Assembly (NCBI GenBank): GCA_013152895.1 | Contig: JAADFN010000104.1 | Span: 1 to 59,641, forward strand | Reading direction: 5' to 3' | DNA length: 59,641 bases | DNA from: Acidobacteriota bacterium | GTDB taxonomy: Bacteria; Acidobacteriota; Thermoanaerobaculia; Thermoanaerobaculales; Sulfomarinibacteraceae | In this document: positions 53,895 to 59,641 of the stretch, one piece after another | Layout of the letters: every line of letters begins with the position of its first letter | How positions within the stretch are numbered: the stretch's first letter is position 1 | Program-made: the position numbers and the translations under genes | The notes under the pieces: generated by a model | What the model was told of the DNA's origin: nothing | Databases searched by the model: none | What the model saw: the letters and a program-made list of their open reading frames with translations, nothing else

Positions 53895-53913
53895 CTGTGA
53901 GAGGATACAGGGG

Positions 53914-54693
53914 ATGGTGCGCCGAATAAAGCTGACGATCGCGTATCTCGGGACGCCGTACCACGGCTGGCAGCGGCAGCCAGCGCAAAGAACCATCCAG
54001 GGAGAGATCGAAGACGCCGTCGCGGCCGTGACCGGGGGTCTCGGCGTCGCCGTCACCGGGGCCGGACGGACCGACGCCGGCGTCCACGCGCGGGGCCAGG
54101 TGGCGCATCTCGACCTCCCCGACAGCTTCCCCCCTGAGGCGCTTCCAAGAGCGCTCAACGCCAGGCTTCCGGAGACGATCCGCATCATGGCCGCCGTCCC
54201 GGCCCCCCCCCGGTTCCACGCTCGTTTCAGCGCCCGCGGCAAGCGATACGCCTACCGGGTCGGGTGGGGCCCTGTCCCGCTTCCGTGGCGCGCGCTGCGC
54301 ACCGCCCGGATGCCGGAGCCGGCCGACCGCGACGCGCTGGAGCGCTGCCTCCAGGCCCTCGTCGGCCGCCACGACATGGCCTCGTTCTCCGTCCCCGATC
54401 CCGCCCAGGGGCCGACCGTCAAGACGATCTTTGCGGCCCGCGCCTCCTGGGGACGCACCACGTTGCAGGTGGACTTCTTTGGGAGCGGGTTCCTCCGGTA
54501 CCAGGTCCGGAGGATGGCCGGCGCCCTGCTCGAGGTCGGCGCCGGGGAACGGAGCGCCGCCGATTTCATGCGCCTGATCGAGATCCCGACGCCCGGCGCC
54601 CCGCTGCCCACCGCGCCGGCCCGGGGCCTGACGCTCGAGAGGGTCTTCTACCGCCTCCCGCCCCTCGCGGCGATGTCCCGGGCATCATCCTGA
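53914..54693 (+). CDS. truA: tRNA pseudouridine(38-40) synthase
   Basis: MVRRIKLTIAYLGTPYHGWQRQ is followed by the catalytic Asp in GAGRTDAGVHA. The ATG at 53914 follows GAGGA. Confidence 0.92.
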   Translation: MVRRIKLTIAYLGTPYHGWQRQPAQRTIQGEIEDAVAAVTGGLGVAVTGAGRTDAGVHARGQVAHLDLPDSFPPEALPRALNARLPETIRIMAAVPAPPRFHARFSARGKRYAYRVGWGPVPLPWRALRTARMPEPADRDALERCLQALVGRHDMASFSVPDPAQGPTVKTIFAARASWGRTTLQVDFFGSGFLRYQVRRMAGALLEVGAGERSAADFMRLIEIPTPGAPLPTAPARGLTLERVFYRLPPLAAMSRASS

Positions 54694-55986
54694 CTCCGCC
54701 CTGGGAAGCACCCGGAAGAGGAGGATCGCTCCGAAGATGCCGGAAAGGAGCGAGGCGACGAGGATCCCCAGCTTGGCGCCCGCCAGCAGCCCCGGCGCTT
54801 CGAAGGCCAGGTCGCTGACGAACAGCGACATGGTGAAGCCGATACCCGCCAGCGCGGCGACGCCCCAGACCTGGCCGAAGGTCACGCCCTCGGGCAGGTG
54901 GGCCCGCCCACTCTTGACGGCGATCCAGGTAAAACCGACCACGCCGAGCTGTTTGCCCAGGACGAGACCCACGATGACGCCGAGGGCCTCGGCGCTCATC
55001 AGGACCCGTACGGGATCGCCTCTCAGCACCACTCCGGCGTTGAAAAGGGCGAAGAGAGGCAGGACGAAGAATGCCTGCACCGGGTGGAGGTACTGCTCCA
55101 GGGCGAGCCCCGAGGGGTACATGCGAGCCCCCGCGTTCCACACCCTGTCGATGGCGCCAAGCTGGGATCTTTTCTCGATCATGCTCGCGCGGGTCAGATC
55201 GCCGTGCGCCGTGAGCTCGTCCAGGCTCGTCCGCAGCGCATCGATGAACGTGTCCGGCTCCATGCTCGCCTTGACCGGAACGAGGAGCGCCACCAGGATC
55301 CCGGCGATGGTCGCGTGGACCCCCGACACGAGGACCGCGGCCCAGAAGGCGACGATCACGGCCGCCAACGGGCCGACCCGGTTGACCCTGGCCTTGATCA
55401 TGCCGGCCAGCACAACCAGCAAGACAGCCGCGGCCATCAGGGCCGTCAGGTTGATCTTCTCCGTGTAGAACAGCGCGATGACGAGAACCGCGCCCAGGTC
55501 GTCCGCGATGGCCAAGGCCATCAGGAAAACCTTGAGCCCGATCGGAACCCGCTTGCCGAACACGGCGAGAAGTCCAATGGCAAAAGCGATGTCGGTGGCC
55601 ATCGGGATGCCCCAGCCTCCCGCCGCCGGCCCGCCGTGATTGATCCCGTAATACAGGAGCGCCGGAACGATCATGCCGCCGAGAGCGGCCGTGACGGGCA
55701 GAATGGCCCGGTCGAGGGAAGAGAGCCGCCCGACCAGCAGTTCCCGCTTGATCTCCAGGCCAACGACGAAGAAGAACACGACCATCAACCCGTCGTTGAC
55801 CCAGTGGTGCAAGCTCAGCGAGAAGCTCCAGCCGCCCCAGCTGATTCCCGCCTTGATGTGGAGCATGTGTTGGTAACTCCCGGCCCAGGGCGAGTTGGCC
55901 CATACCAGCGCCGTCACAGTACAGATCAGCAGAACGATGCTGCTGGTCACCTCGCTGTGCACGAAGCGTCTGAAGTAGTCACGCAT
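54685..55986 (-). CDS. nhaA: Na+/H+ antiporter NhaA
   Basis: Motifs are HWVNDGLMVVFFFVVGLEIKRE and LAIADDLGAV. There are about 12 TM helices. The ATG is at 55986. Its 3' end overlaps the truA 3' end by 9 nt (convergent genes). Confidence 0.92.
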   Translation of the reverse strand: MRDYFRRFVHSEVTSSIVLLICTVTALVWANSPWAGSYQHMLHIKAGISWGGWSFSLSLHHWVNDGLMVVFFFVVGLEIKRELLVGRLSSLDRAILPVTAALGGMIVPALLYYGINHGGPAAGGWGIPMATDIAFAIGLLAVFGKRVPIGLKVFLMALAIADDLGAVLVIALFYTEKINLTALMAAAVLLVVLAGMIKARVNRVGPLAAVIVAFWAAVLVSGVHATIAGILVALLVPVKASMEPDTFIDALRTSLDELTAHGDLTRASMIEKRSQLGAIDRVWNAGARMYPSGLALEQYLHPVQAFFVLPLFALFNAGVVLRGDPVRVLMSAEALGVIVGLVLGKQLGVVGFTWIAVKSGRAHLPEGVTFGQVWGVAALAGIGFTMSLFVSDLAFEAPGLLAGAKLGILVASLLSGIFGAILLFRVLPRAESG

Positions 55987-56279
55987 TCCGGGGGAGTCCG
56001 TGCCGGGTTTCCATATCAGACCCAGTGTACCGTGGTACGCCACGCCGGCCACGTGGTTCTTCGGCTTGCCTCCCGTGCATTCTCGCCGCCGCCTCGCATC
56101 CCGAGGCGCCCTTCACACCGATGCGGCTCCGTGCGCGAACCGGACCAGGCCACACGGCGGCGCTGCGCCAACGCCGGCGGAATCGAGAGGATCGGCAACC
56201 GTCGACGTGTTCGAGGCACGCGTCCAGCCCCCTTCCCGGCGGGGCCGCTTGATCTGTCAGGCGGAAAGTCTTATCGTAC

Positions 56280-56462
56280 GCGTAACGGAACGGCGAAGGG
56301 AAGCCGGTGGAAATCCGGCACGGCCCCCGCCACTGTGACCGGGGACGGACCGTTCATGAGCTCGGCTCGGCCACTGGCCGGCTCGATCCGCAAGGGTTGA
56401 CCGGCTGGGAAGGCGAACGGATCCGGTTGATCCGGAAGTCAGGAGACCTGCCGTTCCGACAC
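56280..56462 (+). promoter_or_regulatory. Cobalamin (B12) riboswitch
   Basis: The core GAAGGGAAGCCGGTGGAAATCCGGCACGGCCCCCGCCACTGTGA and the B12 box AGTCAGGAGACCTGCC are present. P1 pairs CGGAACGGC (56286..56294) with GCCGTTCCG (56450..56458). It ends 20 nt upstream of the TonB-dependent receptor ATG. Confidence 0.88.
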
Positions 56463-56479
56463 GAAACGGGAGGTTTCTC

Positions 56480-58339
56480 ATGTCACGTCTCAAGGTCATT
56501 GTCACAGTTTTTTCCATCGTGCTCGCCGGCGCTTTCAGCGCTTCGGCCGGGACCACAACCACTCCACAGACCAAGAAGAAAAAGAAGGTCTTTCAGGGCC
56601 GGGTGACGGTCACCGCGACCGGTGAAGCCACGCCGGCCGACGAGGTTCCCGCCGCCGTCACCGTCATCGGACGCAAGGAAATGGACGACTCCCAGGCCAG
56701 CACCGTGGCAAGCCTGCTCCGCCGGGTTCCCGGCCTGACGGTGATACGATCCGGCGATTTCGGCTCCGTGACGTCGGTCTTCACGCGGGGCACCAACTCG
56801 AACCAGACGCTCGTGCTCTTCGACGGGGTGCGGCTCAACTCGCCGTACTTCGGCGGCTACGACTTCAGTCAGCTCTCCACGGCCGGCCTCGCGAGGATCG
56901 AGGTGGCCCGAGGACCGTATTCCGCCCTGTGGGGCGCGGATGCGGTCGGTGGCGTGATCAACCTGATCCCCGAACGGGCGCACAGGGGCGTGTCGGGCTC
57001 GGTGCTGACCGAGGGCGGCGAAGACAGCTGGTCGCGTTTCGAGGGGCAGCTCGCCTACGCGGAGCACGGCATCGACCTCTTCGTCTCCGGATTCCACCGG
57101 GATGGCCGCGGTCAGCTCGCAAACAGCGGATTCGACCTCTCCCAGGGGCTGATGGATCTGGGCTGGAGCTGGGGCCGTGGAAGCCGCGTCGCGCTGGTCG
57201 TCCAGGGTGTGAAGGGGGACACGGAGATTCCGTTCTCCGGGGCGGCCCTCACGCCGAGGCGCCATCAATCTTCGAGCCAAACCCTTACGGCTGTTCCTCT
57301 GAGGTGGAATATCTCTCCGCGGTGGACCCTCACGGCCACCGTCTCCCACGTCGACCGCAGCTTCGCATTTCGCGACCCTGACGATGCGTTCGGGTTCACC
57401 AGGTCCGACACCAACCCGGATACCAACCAGGCGCGCGTTGTGAGCATCCACCGTCTCGGGCGCCACACGGTGAGCTGGGGCGGGGCGTGGCGGCAGGACA
57501 CTGTCGACGACAGCTCCTCGTTCGGGATCAACCTGCGTGGCCGCTCCGTCACGACGACGAGCGCCTTCGTCCAGGACATGTGGCTGGTGACGGACCGCGT
57601 CCGCCTCCTCGCCGGCGCACGGTGGGACGACGCCGATCGCTGGGGATCCCAGCTCTCCCCCCGTCTCGGCGCAGGCTGGACGTTCGCGGCGGGTTGGGAT
57701 GTGCACGCATCCTGGGGAGAGGCGTTCCGGCAGCCCTCGGTCGGCGAGCTCTACTTCCCCTACTCCGGGAACCCCGACCTGAACCCCGAGACCTCCATCT
57801 CGTGGGAGACCGGTATCGCACGGAGATTCGGACGGCGGCTGCGGATCGAGCTCAACGCTTTCAAAACGCACCTTGGGAGCCTGATCGACTTCGACTATGC
57901 CACCTACCGGTTCGACAACATCGCCAGCGCCAAGATCACCGGCGCCGAGCTCGGCGTCACCTGGACGCTTGCACCTGATCTCGCCCTCGATACCCAGGCC
58001 ACGTGGCTCGTCACCCGGGACCCCGCCGGCCACGCCCTCCTCCGCAGGCCGCGCTGGAGCGGCGCCGTGACACTGTCCGGGCGCGCGTCGTCACGCCTGC
58101 GGATCGACCTGTCGGCGATGTTCCTCGGCATCCGAGGCGACATCGATCCCGTGACGTTCGCCCGGCGCCCCTCGCCCGGGACCGTGACCGCGGATCTCGC
58201 CCTCGCCTGGCGCGTATGTCCCAATGCAGATCTGACCGTTCGCGTCATCAATCTCTTCGACCGGCGGTACCAGGAGGTCCTCGGCTACCCCGCCCCCCGG
58301 CAACGCATCCTCGGCGGCGTGCGGATCAGGCTTCCGTAG
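56480..58339 (+). CDS. btuB: TonB-dependent outer membrane receptor (BtuB-like vitamin B12 transporter)
   Basis: The signal peptide is MSRLKVIVTVFSIVLAGAFSASA. The plug domain reads VTVIGRKEMDDSQASTVASLLRRVPGLTV...FTRGTNSNQTLVLFDGVRLN. A 22-strand-type barrel follows, and a B12 riboswitch lies immediately upstream. Confidence 0.88.
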   Translation: MSRLKVIVTVFSIVLAGAFSASAGTTTTPQTKKKKKVFQGRVTVTATGEATPADEVPAAVTVIGRKEMDDSQASTVASLLRRVPGLTVIRSGDFGSVTSVFTRGTNSNQTLVLFDGVRLNSPYFGGYDFSQLSTAGLARIEVARGPYSALWGADAVGGVINLIPERAHRGVSGSVLTEGGEDSWSRFEGQLAYAEHGIDLFVSGFHRDGRGQLANSGFDLSQGLMDLGWSWGRGSRVALVVQGVKGDTEIPFSGAALTPRRHQSSSQTLTAVPLRWNISPRWTLTATVSHVDRSFAFRDPDDAFGFTRSDTNPDTNQARVVSIHRLGRHTVSWGGAWRQDTVDDSSSFGINLRGRSVTTTSAFVQDMWLVTDRVRLLAGARWDDADRWGSQLSPRLGAGWTFAAGWDVHASWGEAFRQPSVGELYFPYSGNPDLNPETSISWETGIARRFGRRLRIELNAFKTHLGSLIDFDYATYRFDNIASAKITGAELGVTWTLAPDLALDTQATWLVTRDPAGHALLRRPRWSGAVTLSGRASSRLRIDLSAMFLGIRGDIDPVTFARRPSPGTVTADLALAWRVCPNADLTVRVINLFDRRYQEVLGYPAPRQRILGGVRIRLP

Positions 58340-58404
58340 CCCGGATACCTCACACACTTCCCACTGCGAACCGGCGGATACGCCCGCGCGCCGTTTCGCA
58401 CACC

Positions 58405-58446
58405 GGTGGCGCCGAGGACGTGCCACGAACACGCCTCGGCGCCACC
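58405..58446 (+). terminator. 13-bp GC-rich hairpin downstream of btuB (terminator-like, no T-tract)
   Basis: GGTGGCGCCGAGG (58405..58417) pairs with CCTCGGCGCCACC (58434..58446) around a 16-nt loop. Confidence 0.3.
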
Positions 58447-58765
58447 TTGATCGAAACGCCACGCTGACGGGCGGGGCCTCCCACGCTCTCGCGACAAAAG
58501 TCCGCGACACACGCGGGCCGGGAAGCGATGTCGTTTTCATCCCGGGGGAGTGACGAGGCAACCATCTTTCCTGTCATCCTGAAGAGGCCGTCGCCTTCCC
58601 CCTGTCATTCTGAGCAGGCGGAGCCGACGAAGAATCTGGGCGGGGGAGCAGACGATATTCCCGGAGGAGTCCTCACCCAGGGGGAATACCACTTCTACCC
58701 CTCTCCCGATCCCCCCTCGTGATCGCGCGCATGAACAGCGCACCGCCCCCGTTGTGTTGGGCGAC

Positions 58766-58794
58766 TTGACACAGTGCCGATGTACTCTTATGAT
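58766..58794 (+). promoter_or_regulatory. Near-consensus sigma-70 promoter for fur
   Basis: The sequence reads TTGACA (58766..58771), a 17-nt spacer, then TATGAT (58789..58794). This places the transcription start near 58801, downstream of the ORF-track start codon at 58774. Confidence 0.55.
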
Positions 58795-58812
58795 CAACTT
58801 GAGACATTGAAA

Positions 58813-59295
58813 ATGAGACTGGATAAGGCCATGAGCAACATGCCAGAACGCGCAGAAAAACTCTTCATTCAGTACTTGAGAGAGAACAATCTCAAGGTGA
58901 CCCAGGAGCGGCTGGCCCTCCTGGCAGAGATTTTCTCCACCAAGGAGCACCTGGACGCCGATGATCTGTTGGCCCGGATGAGGGCCAACAAGAAAAAGGT
59001 CTCCCGGGCAACCGTGTACCGGACACTCGACCTTCTCGTCCAGTGCGGCCTCGTCCGCAAGAGCCGGCTGGGACAGGAGCACTACTTCTACGAGAAGGTC
59101 CAACCCGGCAAACGCCATGACCACATGGTATGCACGCACTGCGGAAGGGTCGTCGAATTCTGGGACCCCGAAATCGACGAACGCCAGCGCCAGATCTGTC
59201 AGGAGCACGGCTTCCGGCCGTCGTTCTACTCGATCCAGATCCAGGGGCTCTGTTCTGACTGTCAAAAGCTCGAGCAGGAATCGACTTTCCTGTAG
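58813..59295 (+). CDS. fur: Fur family transcriptional regulator
   Basis: The winged-helix region reads LKVTQERLALLAEIF...VSRATVYRTLDLLVQCGLV. The metal sites are HDHMVCTHCGRVVEF and CSDC. The start must lie downstream of the promoter: ATG at 58813, 58831 or 58840. Confidence 0.85.
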   Translation: MRLDKAMSNMPERAEKLFIQYLRENNLKVTQERLALLAEIFSTKEHLDADDLLARMRANKKKVSRATVYRTLDLLVQCGLVRKSRLGQEHYFYEKVQPGKRHDHMVCTHCGRVVEFWDPEIDERQRQICQEHGFRPSFYSIQIQGLCSDCQKLEQESTFL

Positions 59296-59641
59296 ACCGG
59301 TGGTAAATCGCCCGGTGGATACCGGCGTGTGAGGATTCCACAACGCGGCCCCTGCCCCCCTTCCACAGCCCATCACAGGCCCGGCGACGAAGAAAAACTC
59401 TCACGGAATCCCGGAACAGGCGATAGATGCCGTTCGGCAAACCGTTCCATCAAGAGCGAGCCGACGGCCCGGCCGCAGGCCGGGGCACGGCGCAGCCACC
59501 TTCATGCCCCAGGAGCAGCACCACGTCTGCGGACGAACAAAGGGAGGGGGTGCGGCCTCACCACGGTGTGCGATGACAGTGACAGACGCGAGATTCTCGA
59601 TTGACCGGCATTCGTGTTCGTCGAGAGACCGTGGCAGCGCC

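Noticed and set aside
58789-58825. A Fur box overlapping the fur promoter (TATGATCAACTTGAGACATTGAAAATGAGAC).
   Set aside because: It is AT-rich and has a TGAGAC direct repeat, but it aligns poorly with the 19-bp GATAATGATAATCATTATC consensus. I cannot support it by eye.

Overview
This is a 59.6-kb, visibly high-GC chromosomal segment from a diderm bacterium, as shown by BamA, TamB, a TonB-dependent receptor and sigma-54 machinery. Coding density is high and many neighbouring genes are coupled by ATGA/GTGA start-stop overlaps. Most content is housekeeping:

- **RNA genes:** 7 tRNAs, tmRNA, SRP RNA and a cobalamin riboswitch.
- **Cell envelope:** murI, an amidase, a NamZ-like protein, bamA and tamB.
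- **Cofactor and nucleotide metabolism:** ispA, folD, coaE, ubiE, nadK, rdgB, truA, xseAB and rph.

The accessory-looking content is mainly redox and signalling:

- **Candidate novel system.** One minus-strand operon sits behind a sigma-54-type promoter. It encodes an orphan 4x[4Fe-4S] protein with no Tat signal, a NrfD-type membrane subunit, a histidine kinase, an NtrC-type regulator and an archaemetzincin. A tetrahaem cytochrome c3 lies next downstream. The kinase's periplasmic domain carries CXXCH and CX4CH haem-c motifs.
- **Large cytochrome.** A stand-alone secreted cytochrome has 15 CXXCH motifs and three tandem 138-aa tri-haem modules. A hemerythrin/PAS (DUF438) plus DUF1858/DUF2249 pair is transcribed divergently from it.
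- **Cyclase-like protein.** A 771-aa protein with a cyclase-homology-like core is translationally coupled to comM.
- **GcvH-like protein.** A membrane-anchored GcvH-like protein lies behind a near-consensus sigma-54 promoter.
- **Foreign-looking gene.** An AT-rich ApcT-like transporter gene looks recently acquired.
- **Receptor-topology kinase.** One Ser/Thr kinase has an extracytoplasmic N-terminus and a C-terminal kinase domain.
- **Inverted-repeat element.** A 177-bp intergenic element is bounded by 22-bp inverted repeats.

I saw no CRISPR array, transposase, integrase or prophage genes. Start codons are my own inferences. The ORF track translates GTG/TTG starts as M and often over-extends N-termini. 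Many long ORFs in the track are antisense artefacts of the high GC content.
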